From assembly GCA_951406725.2 (NCBI GenBank), contig OX597826.1, positions 53,692,001 to 53,756,000 on the forward strand: a stretch of DNA of 64,000 nt, given 5' to 3'. This DNA comes from Octopus vulgaris. Lineage: Eukaryota. The notes under the pieces were generated by a model that made no database searches, had not been told where the DNA came from, and saw nothing but the letters and a program-made list of their open reading frames with translations. Positions 13,182 to 26,522 of the stretch are shown here, piece after piece. Numbering within the stretch: the first letter of the stretch is position 1; every line of letters begins with the position of its first letter. A program made the position numbers and the translations under genes.

Positions 13182-13379
13182 AAGAGTTACAAAGGAATGT
13201 CAGAAGACTGAGGTCATGGGTAAGGAGATTAAATGTTTAGGTGTGCTGGGGGGTATGAGAGTGGTCACAGGTGGCTTAATGAGTCTAGGCATTACTGCAC
13301 TCATGTCATGTACATTAATGCAGTGTAACACCAGACATTGAACTGTGCAGACCTAGTTGGTCTCTCTGCACATTGCATT

Positions 13380-14720
13380 ATTCATTGTGAACATCTGGTA
13401 GCCAGATACTTCAAGTATGAAGATGTTGTAAAGTCTGTCCTTGAAATTTTCAATTTCATATGCTTAAATGGGAAGACACACCAACAGTTCAGAAATTTAA
13501 ATTGATGAACTGGAGCTTGAAGATAAACTCAGTGATGTCTCTTTCCACTGCATTGTGAGGTGGTTGTCAACCAGCAATGTCGTGAGTAGGTTTGTTAATC
13601 TGTTGGAGCCTATTATTGCTTTTCTTAAAGAAATGAAAAGATCCTATCCACAATTGGAAAATGATGAATGGATGCAAGATCTGATGTTCCTTACTGATAT
13701 AATGAATCATCTACAAACTCTCAATTTGGCACTCCAGGGGAAGAATAAGATTGTTTGTGATCTTACTCAGACAATTTTCAGCTTTCAGAATAAAATAAGG
13801 GTTTTTCAAAGAGACATATTGTCAAGAAACTTCAGTCACTTTCCCAATCTCAGTAGGAGAGTAAATACATTCCCTGATATTGAAATAAAAGACCACAAGC
13901 CGTAAGAATACAAAGATAAATTACAAGGACTGCTTGATAATTTCCTAGCCAGGTTTGATGACCTGCAGAAGCTGAAGCCCTGCTTCACCTTTTTTTTTTT
14001 GTAAATCCATTTATGGCTGATATGGTCAATGATGGATGTTCAATTCTTGAACTTCTGGTTACGGAATCATCTGCTGTGGAAATGGAACTAATGGAATTAC
14101 AGGAGGACCTGGGTCTAAAGATGATCCATAAATCCCAGTCTACAATTGAGTTCTGGAAACAAGTTCCAGAAATAAAATATCCTAAACTGAAGACAACTAG
14201 TGTGTGACTCATCTCAATTTTTGGCATAACATACTGCTGTGAATCACTGTACACTGTAATGAAGTTTGTGAGGTTGAAGCATCGTGCAATCCTTACAAAC
14301 CAACACCTGACGGAGCTAATTCATGCAGTCTTGACAACATGCTGCTGAGGCCCCCTTCGGTCATGACTGACTGTGGGATTGCACCTAGAAAGTTACCCTC
14401 CTAGGCACAAGTCCGGGCAAGGTTGTTTTTTTATGGAAGACCAGCAGTCGCTCATGGACACCAGCCTCCCCTCTCCATGCCACCAGTGTTAACCAAGGGA
14501 AAGGCAAAGGCTGATACAGCTTGGCACCTGTGACGTTGCAACTCATTTCTACAGCTGAGTGAAATGGGGCAATGTGAAATAAAGTGTCTTGCTCAAGAAC
14601 ACAACATGCAGCCTAGTCCGGGATTTGAACTCACAACCTCACGATCGTAAGCTCAATGCTCTAGCCACTGAGCCATGCACCTTCATTTGACAACATATCA
14701 GCCAAATTTTCAATAAATCA
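13380..14720 (+). pseudogene. hAT transposase pseudogene (C-terminal half incl. dimerisation domain)
   Basis: RWLS...DLMFLTDIMNHLQTLNLALQGK...FSHFPNL (13555-13905); EFWKQVPEIKYPKL...SIFGITYCCESL; stops, frameshifts and a SINE insertion. Confidence 0.9.
14341..14686 (-). mobile_element. Full-length tRNA-derived SINE-E inserted in transposase
   Basis: 10-bp TSD TTGACAACAT at 14331-14340 and 14687-14696; minus-strand TGGCTCAGTGG A box, GAGTTCAAATCC B box, TTCTTGAGCAAGACACTT core. Confidence 0.9.
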
Positions 14721-15094
14721 CAGCCAAGATGGAGATCCACAAGACCTCTACTAGCAGAAAAAAGTGGCTTTAATGGCCCGATATTTGTAGCATTGTCTAT
14801 TATAAGACTGTAAGTTTGTAAGGTGGTATCTGATTAAAATATCTCAAATTTTATTCATTTGCTTTTTTGTTTTACATATTTTCCTCCATGTTTTGACCAG
14901 ATATTTGATAAAACAAATAAATATTATTAAAAACATGACTTTTTTCCTTTTTAGTGGTATTTTCAGCAGTCTAATTGTATGTTACTGAAACGCAAATTTG
15001 CACATTTTCCTTAGAAGTTCCCGTAGTTCATTACAGTGTTAAATATGCCCAATATAGTTAAAACAATCATAAGTCAAGATTTTGAAAACATTAG

Positions 15095-15208
<114 letters not shown>

Positions 15209-15758
15209 GTGTGTGTGTATTTTGTGATAACTGAAACCAATATAAATTAACAGTTTAAAAAACTGCATACATGAATATTATTGTATACATGCATTTCTTA
15301 ATATTTATGTAGAAATTTTGTAACAAAATGTGTATGTAACAAAAACGTATGTGTAAATTTTGTTCATGTCTTGCGGCTCTCAAACATCTGAACTTTACCA
15401 AATGTGGCTCATACATTGAGCAAATTTTGCCACCCCTGTTATATCCGTTGTAATAAACGTTTGTAAATATTTACAAATGTATTTCATTTGATTTTCCACT
15501 TCAGTATTGCTACTTAAGTGTTTAGGTTTAATTTTTATGCCTTTAAATATGTTTGCTGAGATCAATGTAAAGTCAGATAAATTGATAGAAGTTATGTTTT
15601 ACTTTTTTCCATTAATGCTTTACAAAAGCATCATAAAGTTGAACATGACTTAACATGAAAACGTAAGCTGTTGTATGCCTCAGTGTGTGTGTGTATATGT
15701 ATGAAAAAATATATATATATACGAGAGCATTGTAGTTCACTTGAAGCATTGTAATATC

Positions 15759-16031
15759 GAAGAAGGGAAAAACGGAAGATAGGAAAGCTTCTGATAATGC
15801 AAGGAAGTTTAACAAAAACCTTTATATTTCAGTCTGGAAAATGTCTAGTTATACAGGTTATACTGCTGCTGATAACATAATGCTGAGGGATTGAATGGGT
15901 TAACAAAACCTGTATAACATTTCCCAGACTGTTTTTCTTCTGGGGATGGACCTTTGTGCCTGAAATATAATGGTTTTGTTAAACTTTCTGTATTGTCAGA
16001 AGCTTTCCTATTTCCTGTTTTTCCCTTCTTC
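15759..16031. repeat. Nested inverted repeat next to (TA)n
   Basis: Arms ~15759-15832 and ~15960-16031 (GAAGAAGGGAAAAAC... / ...GTTTTTCCCTTCTTC); inner arms GTTATACAGGTT / AACCTGTATAAC. Confidence 0.85.
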
Positions 16032-16039
16032 TATATATA

Positions 16040-16091
<52 letters not shown>

Positions 16092-16107
16092 TACACATAT
16101 ATGTATG

Positions 16108-16143
<36 letters not shown>

Positions 16144-17008
16144 TGTATGTATATACATGTGTGTATGTGATAGTGACATGGTAGAGAAATGTAGTTGTGA
16201 AACTATTAGTAGATGGGCTTGTCAATTCTTTTATGTGTTAAACTACCATGACAAAACCCACGTCAGCGCATTGTTTTTGGACATAACCATGAGTTATTAG
16301 AGAGATAAAGTTATGTTATAATGAAGATATGCAGTTATGATAATGAGATGTAGTTGTGATGTACAAAGTTAAAATATTGACAACCTAGAGAAATATCATC
16401 ATAATGTGGAATATTAATCACCCAAAATAATTAACTAATCATTCAATAAGATTTTAAAGCCTTTAAACTGAAATAGTTTACAAAACATCCGATGAATTCT
16501 GCAGATAAATAATTATATATTTACACTTCAAGAACAACTTTGAACGTTTAAACCATGTACAGTAAAACATTAAAATATTTCAACAATTAATTTAAAAACA
16601 AAATAATTTAAATTCAATCAGTGAAATATGATTATTAATTATTTATATACAGAAAACTGTAAATAGTAAGACAGAATAGCATCAGACAATACTAAATAAT
16701 ATAACAAGAAAAGAGAATTGGAGAAAAAAAACAAACAAACAAAACCTCTTAATTTCTTAGCAGGATGTGATGTTAAAAAAAAAATATACAGTTATAAACA
16801 AAGAAAAAATATGCTTCCATATATACTCCTAAAGAAAAAAAAAATTAATTCAAGTTAAAACTAGTGCCAAAAGCAACAATGAAACAAAAATTGGTACAAA
16901 GCCAAATGGTGTAATGTTTAATTGGAACTATGTCGACAACTGCAACAGCAAAAGTGAATCTCTCAACATGCACACCTCAATAATAAACATTTTACACAAT
17001 AAAACCAA

Positions 17009-17057
17009 AATAATAATAATAATAATAATAGTAATAATAATAATAATGATAATAATG

Positions 17058-17095
<38 letters not shown>

Positions 17096-17219
17096 TAGAA
17101 AATAAAAATATAAAAATAAATCAACTTAAGATTTAATGACCATGCAGTGAGAGAGTAAGAACAAGAGAACACGAGAGGGGAGACGGAGAGAGAGAAAATG
17201 ATTGTGAAAGAGTATGATA

Positions 17220-17267
<48 letters not shown>
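17009..17267. repeat. (AAT)n and (GA)n microsatellites
   Basis: Direct reading: 17009-17096 and 17225-17267. Confidence 0.9.
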
Positions 17268-17272
<5 letters not shown>

Positions 17273-18261
17273 GTGAGAAAGAGAGGGAAAGAGAGAAAGT
17301 AATGAGCGATGTTAAATGTTGCGATTTGTGGGAAACGTTAGGGAAATTTCTGGTTGATATCTCATTCGTTAAGCAATTAGGAAGATAATAAAAAACATAT
17401 GCGAATGAATAAAGCAGAAGAAATAAGATTGTTAAAAAGTTATCACTAAATTTAGAAATTTAGAAAGAGCAGTTCAAACCGAAAAAGAAAAGAAAAATTG
17501 GAGTGTGTTTGTGCAACTGTATACTCATGTATGTGTGTGTGAGAGAAAGAGAGTGTTTGTGTGTGTGTGTATTTGCATGTGTGGTTGTATGTGTGTGTGT
17601 TTGAACATGCACATATGAGAAAAAATATTTTTTGGAAGAAAATTCGCAATTATTTTTTTTATTCCCAAGCAGCATGTAAATTATTTATTAAAAGGTAATA
17701 TATATATAATGATTACAGATTTAAATGACTAATTAATTAATTAATAAATAATTAGACTTTATTTTAAATTACTTAGAGGGTGGGTGGGGAGTATCTTTCT
17801 TTGAAAAGACAATTTGTTAAGATACAGAAGAAAAAAAGATGGTGAAAATAAGTTCATGCAAACTATCAAATATCAGAGGGTTTTCTTTTTTTTTTTTGGA
17901 CGGGTGGAAGCTTTCAACTTAAAGTTAACAGGCCGAAGCAAGTGAAAGGACTTGTTCAAGATACAAATGCCTGCTGCTCTGCTAACTGTAAGTTCAGCAA
18001 AAATTGATGATGAAGAACCAACAACTGTGACACAACAATAGATAGAAGCATGGGATATAACATGAGACAAAGCCAACAAATTATTCACCAAGGAGGAAGG
18101 GGAGATAATCAATACACGTGAACCACAAGATGTTCCTTAATAACATTCTTTTAGTCTTTTAGTCTTTTACTTGCTTCAGTCATCTAATTTTTATTAATGT
18201 TTTTGGTTGGTTTCTTGGTTTCTTGTTTTAATTTCCTTTGAGTTCTAAATTTTACCTCTAC

Positions 18262-18342
<81 letters not shown>

Positions 18343-21300
18343 TTTATTTATACATTTTGGTTTTAATAGATTTTTAATTATCTTTTTCTATCTTGTTTAA
18401 ATATTAAATTTATGAAAGAAAAGAATAATGGTGAAGCCTGATTTATCCTTAAATGATAAATGCAATTTCTTTAGTTGTTCTTTACACATGGGTTTGGAAA
18501 AAGAATTTAAATACAGAATCATGATAATTATGAATTATTTTACTTGAAATAATTTAAATATTATTTCCAACATTTTCTTTTCAAATATTAGTATTATTAA
18601 ATATGTATGTGCCAACAGTAATGATGTCTTAAGATTATAAATTAAACAGAACTTCATTGGTTGATTATGGCTAATTAAGTAGATTGTCTTAATCTATTGT
18701 AATGGATTTGTTATTTAAGGTTTAGAATTTAGAGAAGAGCCAATACTGTTATAGGATCCCATCTTAGCACTGATTACACCATAAAAGTGAAAAAAAAAAA
18801 TCAGCTGTACTACAAATGACAAATAAAAATAAAAATGATGGTAGTGACCTTTAGCCAGACACACAGAAGAGGTTGTTAGGATCAGTGTACAGTCAAGAAG
18901 TAAACACTTGAAGTCGGTAATTACTTTAGTGCAGTTCACAAGGTTGGGTAAGTATATATGCCAAAGGGAGAAAAAAGAGCATGATGTTACAGATTTTCTT
19001 TTCTCTCAGACAAGGGGGTCAATCTTGAAATGTCGTGACATAAAAACTTATCCAACTTCATCAACTTTGTTCTATAATATTTGGCAATGTAGAGACTACC
19101 CCCAGTTTCCTTAGACTATTTTTTTTCTTTGCTTTTGTTCTTTGCCTTTCTCTTTTTAATGACAATTATTTTAGATCTGCAGATTATCTCAGCGAAGATA
19201 ATAAATCAAAATTATATTTAACATTTGTTTTCAACAACTGTGATTTTGTCTCAAAAATAGCAAATCATCTTTTTGAGAGAAGAAATCAGTTTTAAAATAA
19301 TTATTAATTAGAGAAATAATTTATTTTCCGTCTTTGTTTTTCTTTTGTCTCCAATTATTTTCAATAGAAATTAGTTGCAGCAACAACATTAAAGCTAATT
19401 CAGATTCAGACTTTAATGACATATTTAATGTCAACAAGCTTCTATTCTGATATTAACGCATATCAACATTGAATTCTAACACATACTTTTGAAGAAAAAA
19501 CACCAACTTTCTCTTTTAAATAGTTAAATAATTATCTTGAAAGTGCAAACTGTGCAGTTCATGATTTATAATTGGCTCATAATCATGAAATTTTGTGTTC
19601 AATTCCTGGACTGGATGGTGCATCAAGTCTTTGAGCAAGGTACTTCATTTCACATTACTCCAGTCTACTCAGCTGTAAATGAGTATGTGCTGAGTGCTGA
19701 TGCATCTGCCTCTCCCTCCTGCTGTCACATCTTGGATGTTTTGCTAGATCAAGGGTAAAGAAGACGAGAGAGTGTTTATGCCTGCTTGTGACTACACAGG
19801 CACCTCAAACAATTAGTAAAAGCTTGGTACGTGTCACCAAGCCATAATCCTGATGTGAAACATTTGATGCTGTGATCAATGTCATTCATATAGATCAGAG
19901 AAAAACACTTACAGATAGAAATATCTTAATTACTAAGCATTGTTTGAAAAATATCCTCATTAGTTTACAGGTTTCTAGTAGATTAATTACTGGTTTATTG
20001 CATTTCTGATGAGAGTGGCAAAGGATTGTCCCTGATGTTTTGCTTTGCATCAGTCTTTACATCAGTTGCTGATATACGGCAGTGATAGATGTGTACTCAC
20101 ATGCACACATATCCTAAGATTTTGTCTACCATGTTCCATGTACGAAGTACTAACACTTACCAAGGAAGGTGCCTGGTGGGAACCAACATGTTACCACAAG
20201 GTTGTAAAACAACTTCTTAGTCACACTGCTTTGCCTGAATTTATAGTTATTCAATGGTAGTATCCCTATTCCATCCTTCACCTCCTTCTTCTCATCATCA
20301 TAATTTTTATGTTTATTTTTTTTTCCATTCAGGCATGGGTTAGCCATATCCTCACAGATTGAATTAGTTCATATTCAGAGTTATTACTCTCCGAGTTAGG
20401 TATTAGAACACATCTTACTTTTGAAATGTGCTCTATGGCTAGATGCACTTGCTATCATGAATGACTTTACACTGGTTTATAGTGTCACAAGAACTAGGGA
20501 GGTTGTCATGATCTCTCTACTGTTGGGGCCCATGCACCCAAAATATACCCAAGACACTCGGGGAGATGATTTCTTAGAATCCCTTCATATAAATTTAATT
20601 CCATAATAAAGAAGTTCATAAATAAAAATGATCCAACCCTTTGATGTATCAGAAATACAAGATGGATAAAAAAAGAAGTAAAGTGGGAAAATAGAATGAA
20701 ATTATATTTAGATTAATATTTTTGATTCTGAAGATAGAAAAAGCAACTGATTAGTTCTACTTCAAGTTGAGAGCAGATCTGACCCTATATATCACAGTAA
20801 AACCAGTAAAAGGGTCCTAAGGGGTCTTCAGTAACAGACTGAAGGACAGAGAGCCCATCAAAGCAGAAATTGCTGAACTGGAGTGCTTTGTCTTAGCTGT
20901 GGACAAATCTTGACTCCCCAGGAATATGCAAGGCTTGGGTCTATCAGCATGGGATCCTCTCAATAATCTTCTGCCTCCTACTCATCTATGAGTAGGAGCC
21001 AAAAGGCATTACAAGAGTAAGCAAAAGAAGAGCCATCAAGAAGAATGTGGAGGTAGCAAAAGAAAATATCTTGAAGGTTCTGGCTATAAAAAAAAATCCT
21101 GCTGTTGGTCAGCAGAATGCTAATGAGACAAAGGTTGACTTGACTGACATCTCTTGGATCACCTGGATTAGAGTGTGTGTGTTGCAAGACATGTAACACC
21201 TAGTGATTCCAAGAACCAACATTGATGATGTGTTAAAGTAAGAAATGGATCAGAGAATTCTCTATTTAGTTTATTTTCTTTTTCCATATTAACAATGGTT

Positions 21301-22060
21301 GGGGAAGTTTATTACAATATTTATAATTAAATAATCTATGTATTTATCTACAACTTTATAATCATAGAGATTTAAACAGAAAATTGCTTTTAAATCAAAT
21401 ATACACGTGTGCATGAGTCTATGTGTATAAACTAATAAACTACATGAAAATATAGATATATTTATATATACACAACTATAATTGTAATATATTTAGCTGA
21501 TACAATTCATGTCATTATTGGAAGTTTCTGCCTGTTAGAATATGAACAAAATTCATAATTCCAAATAACTGTATTAGGGCATTAGCTGATGAAATTAAAT
21601 TATGCACTAAAACATGTAGCGAATACTTTTGCTTTTATTCCTTTATTCTCTCCATAGCTGTATGTATGTATTCGTGTTTGAAAATATGCACAAGAGAAAT
21701 AGAACTCAATACATAAAATAGAGTGTTTATATTATTTTATTATAGCTGAAGAGCTACAGCAATGTCGCAAAACCTGAGAATCAAAGAGAGGTGTGGAAAA
21801 GCATGCCTTGCCGTAACAATTTTTAGGCAAGGCATGCTTGCTTCTGAATTAGTATATTAAGCTGAGAATTGTCAATATCATTATTAAATCCATTCTGCTA
21901 TGTGATGCTGACTCATGTTGAATGAACATACATAAATACACATATATATATATGTAACAATCACATGTATATATCAAACTAACTTAGATTTCTTTTTAGA
22001 AACGTTGAATGTCTATTGTATGATACAGACAAGAAAGTGATATTTTGAACGCAGTCAGTA

Positions 22061-22133
22061 GGCAGGTTAGCTTAATGGTAAAGCACTCAGCCGGTATCTT
22101 GGGGGATGTGGGTTCAACTCCCATGGGTGTTTG
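22061..22133 (+). pseudogene. tRNA-like sequence (SINE head or tRNA pseudogene)
   Basis: A box TAGCTTAATGG, B box GGTTCAACTCC with T-stem GTGGG/CCCAT; acceptor and anticodon stems poorly paired. Confidence 0.6.
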
Positions 22134-22727
22134 TTGACAACATTTTCCACTTTGTAAGGGTAATGATACCCAATTTTTCTGCTGTATTAACAGCAATACT
22201 GCATTTGAAATATTACTTTTTTGTATACATATATATATATATATGGATCGAAACAGTTTGGTTCCAGTTTGTAGTGCCCTTCTTTCATTTGTCCACTCAC
22301 TCGTGTATATACACACACGCACACACATGTATGTGTGTGTGTGTGTGTGTATGGCAGCCAATCAAATAAATTGTTTTGCAATAATCATTCTGGCATACTA
22401 CTCTGGGTTCAAATCCTTCCAAGGCCAATCATCCATTCAGAGTTGGTAAATGAAGTACCAGTTCTTGTCTTTCTGTTTTTTCTGTTTGTTTATCTGTCTC
22501 CTGGAGGATCAGAAGAGGGGAGGGTTTTTACAAGAGAGTGACCTCCTCCAAAACAGATGTTCTTATAAGAACAAAGGGCCTATTATTCCTCCAAATGGTC
22601 TTATCATGCTAGTTTAGCATCTCAAGTAATTCTATGTTCCCATGAATGGTTCCTAAATACCCACTGACCATATGCTGAGTTCATCCTCACTTCTGGATGC
22701 ACACACACACACACACACACACACATG

Positions 22728-23012
22728 GTACCCGTGTCAGTGGACTGACTCCTGTGCAGGTGGCACATAAAAAACACCATTTCGAGCATGGCCATTGCCA
22801 GTACCGTCAGACTGGCCCTCATGCCGGTGGCACATAAAAGCACCCACTACACTCTCGGAGTGGTTGGCATTAGGAAGGGCATCCAGCTGTAGAAACTCTG
22901 CCAGATCAGATTGGAGCCTGGTGCAGCCATCTGGTTCGCCAGTCCTTAGTCAAATCGTCCAACCCATGCTAGCATGGAAAGCGGATGTTAAATGATGATG
23001 ATTATGATGATG
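22728..23012 (+). mobile_element. RTE-LINE 3' end (family C)
   Basis: Near-consensus core and (GAT)n tail. Confidence 0.85.
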
Positions 23013-23149
23013 ATATACATATAAACATATCTATATCTACACCTGAATCACACACACACACATACACAGATGTATATATATACATCTGTGTATGTGTGTA
23101 TGTGATGCAGGTGTGGATATAGATATATTTATATGTATATAATGATATG

Positions 23150-23348
23150 TATATCATGAGTTGCCATGATAGATCATTAGCCACTACACACATTTTTTTC
23201 TCTCCTTGTTTTTTCTGTGTCCCTTTCTGTTGAAGAGCGTAGGCTCGAAACATAAAATACTTTTTTCTATTCCTGAGCATTATACTAATACATCTGTTTG
23301 TTTTGTACACCACCTGACTTCGTCTTTTGTTTTTTTTGCAAACCCTCC

Positions 23349-23350
<2 letters not shown>
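23150..23350 (+). mobile_element. (TA)n-embedded short repeat, Penelope pLTR-like (second copy 36461-36580, minus)
   Basis: TTTTCTCTCCTTG...CTCGAAACATAAAA...TACTAATACATCTGTTTGTTTTGTACACCAC present in both copies, both flanked by (TA)n; Penelope label is inference. Confidence 0.6.
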
Positions 23351-23398
<48 letters not shown>

Positions 23399-26300
23399 GT
23401 ACATATGCATATAATCATCATCATCATTGTTTTTAATGTCCAATGTCCAGTTTGGCTAGAGTTGGGTGGTTTGACAGGATCTGACAGGTTCAAGACTGTA
23501 TCATGCTCCAGTGTCTGCTTTAGTATAGTTTCTGCAGCTGAATACTTTACTCTGAGTAAATTAGGTGTTTCTTTCATAGCACCAATATTAGTGAGGTTGC
23601 CGTGTACTTCACAAGACTAACATATCCTTTGATTGAGTGGGGCTACAGTAGAGAGGGAATCAGCCTTATGCTTAGAAATAAAAGGTTATAGTATGAAAAA
23701 AGGGGGGCAGAACAGGTTTTTGAACACTAAAGGAGTTTCATAGTTACTCACAATATAGAAAAATGGCTGGGAATAACTGTGAGTGGGGCTAAAAAGAGAG
23801 ATAAAATAGTAGTGATTGGGTGTCAGAGTGGACCCTCAAATTGCAAGAAGGTGAAAAGAAGCAAGTGGGAACAAGACCTAGAAATGTAGGTGGGTAGTAA
23901 TTGCAAGAGTGTATGTAAAGAGTGAGGAAAAGACAATTACAGACGTGAATGGGGTGGGACTAATGAATATGTATCCATTACGTGTGTGTGTATATGTGTG
24001 TATGTATACATAAACACACACACACACACATTATATTATATTATATCATATTAATAAAGAAAAATAATGTCAAGTTTGGCAGTGAATTTAATGATAAATT
24101 GTGTGTGCAGGTAGATAGGTATCTAAAATGATTTTCTTCTTACCTTTCTATTTAGGCAATCAGATGGAACTTCAAAAGTGGGTACTTATGGAATTTATGT
24201 TTGTAGACAACTTAATTATCAGAAGAATATGTTGAAGGACATCAGAAAAGTCAAAAGTTTGGAAGAAGAGGCTTGCTTGATTTAATGATAACATGATCAT
24301 ATCTATGATACCAGTTAGTAGTAAAACTGCCAGAAAATCTCATTAGTGCCAAGCAAATAGTTTTTCTTGTTTGGAATACTGGAAGAAAGTAGGTAAGAAT
24401 AATGTACTGTGATGGCAGTGAAAGGATGCATAAAATATCTGATAGAATAAAGCAACATTTTAGATTCACTAGTTGCATTGCAGAAGTTAACAACATGAAC
24501 ACCAAGAACTTGTCAGATGTTCTGCTGGAAACAATATATACATTTTCCAACCTACATGTGATTTAATTTCAGCTCAAGTGGGAACTAGTGATAGCATATT
24601 GGCTTGGGTTCAAAAAGGAAATGAAGGAAATTAGAAGAATGCTGCCTTTGTTTGCAACAAGTATTTTCTGTGCCAATTAGAAAGGTAAAATATATGAACA
24701 GTGAATGCAGAGGATCTACTTTGGTTCAAGGAAAAGAGATGATTTCAATACAGCTATATAGCCCATAATGTGTGTGTGTGTATGGAAAAGGTTGAGAACA
24801 AATGAGTTGGGGAAAGTAATATGTCAGAAAAATTGGAATATATGCGAAGAGAAAATGAATCTGTTGGTATGGAATTGAATAAGAATAGAAGACAGAACGT
24901 GGATAAAAAATCATGTTCCCAGTTAAAGGTTGGATTTATCTGTAGCTGAGAAAGGTCGAGGAAAACTAGAGAAAGAGTCAGATTAGATTTGAGAATTTAG
25001 ACTTCATAGATGACAGAAATAAGACCATCCAACCCAAGTCAGCATAGAATGTAAGATTTCCAGTTTATTTTTAATGACTAAGCCAGAAGAAAAAAGATGG
25101 CACTCACAACACTTTCACAAGATATCTGAGACTAATGAGGGGAAATGAAGGAGTTATCCCCAACTGGACACCTGACCCCTGGCCTAATGCTTACAACAGA
25201 GTAGAATCTGCTAAAGGTATCCAAAGGCTAGTTGGTGGTGTTAAACTGATTGATAGTTTAGGTCTATGATCCAAGGATGTTCAAAAAGTAATAATGACAT
25301 TTGTTGTGCTGTGTATATATGTATATACATATATGTGTGTTAGATAATGTAAATATTGTTGTCTAGTAACAAATTAGAAACCAATATAATATTTATAATA
25401 TCAAATATATGAGATGGTATTAAAACTTGTTTTCATGATTTTCATGATCAAAGTACTTAGACAAATTAAACATTTTTGAAGTTCTTCCCTAACAGATCTG
25501 ATATTTTTCTAAATCTGTTGCACTTTTTAATTGCATATGGCAATGAATAAACACTCTTTTTTATGATCAACAATATTGTTCTTCTAAATTTCCAAACCTC
25601 TTTGATATTAAATTTGATGAAACATTTTACTTCACCAATTAAGTACTGAACTAAGTCATGTTATTAGCAACTGGTTAGTTTTTAGATAACTGCATAGAAG
25701 TTATGAAGTCTTTATTTATTATTGACTTTAATTATATATGTAGCTGGACTAATAATAAAATGATTAATATTGGGAATTAAAGATTAATTATATAAAGTTT
25801 ATAAACAGTATTAACATTACTCTTTCCACCTGAACACTATTTTACATCTGCTTTATTTCATTTAAAATTTAATTTAATTTAATTGTTTTATTTCTAAATA
25901 ATCTTACTGTTTTACTTTATTTTATGTTATTTCTTGAAGATTTTAGCATTATTTGGGAAATTCAGTATTAACCAAATATAGAATAAACCTGATGATTCAC
26001 ATATTTAGAAACAGTATTGCATGTGCTCTGAGATAACAAACTTCTAGCTTAATATACTTGCAGTGATCACAGCATCTTCTAGTGGCACTGAAATGGCTCT
26101 GCTTCGACTTTTGAAGCATCCCATCTTTCTCTGTAATGAATTCAAAACAAAACAGAATTCATTCAAATTAACCACTAGCTCATTAACAAAACTTTCATGT
26201 AATCCCCGGAGAAACCCAACCCAGGAAAAAAATCATTCTTGAAGTCCCCTCAGAAACATTAAAAAGAATATGTAAATAAAAAAAGTTATACCTTCAAGAT

Positions 26301-26416
26301 GACACACACACACACACATATATATATATACATATATGCATATAAATATACATATGTATATATGTGTGTGTGTGTGTATGTTTATATATATATATGTTTA
26401 TATATATATATATATG

Positions 26417-26522
<106 letters not shown>

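Noticed and set aside
17873-18112. 79-aa minus-strand ORF
   Set aside because: Non-ATG start, no recognisable domain or splice signals, ends in an A-run.
22061-22133. Functional tRNA gene
   Set aside because: Acceptor and anticodon stems do not pair properly; kept only as a tRNA-like relic.
24144-24187. Possible minus-strand micro-exon (PTFEVPSDCLNRK, donor AAG|GTAAGA)
   Set aside because: The only acceptor is a weak AAG without a pyrimidine tract, and an in-frame stop lies just upstream.
20780-25000. Faint LINE-like peptide traces at ~20780-21240 and ~24300-24600
   Set aside because: Too degraded to assign by eye; needs blastx against a TE protein library.
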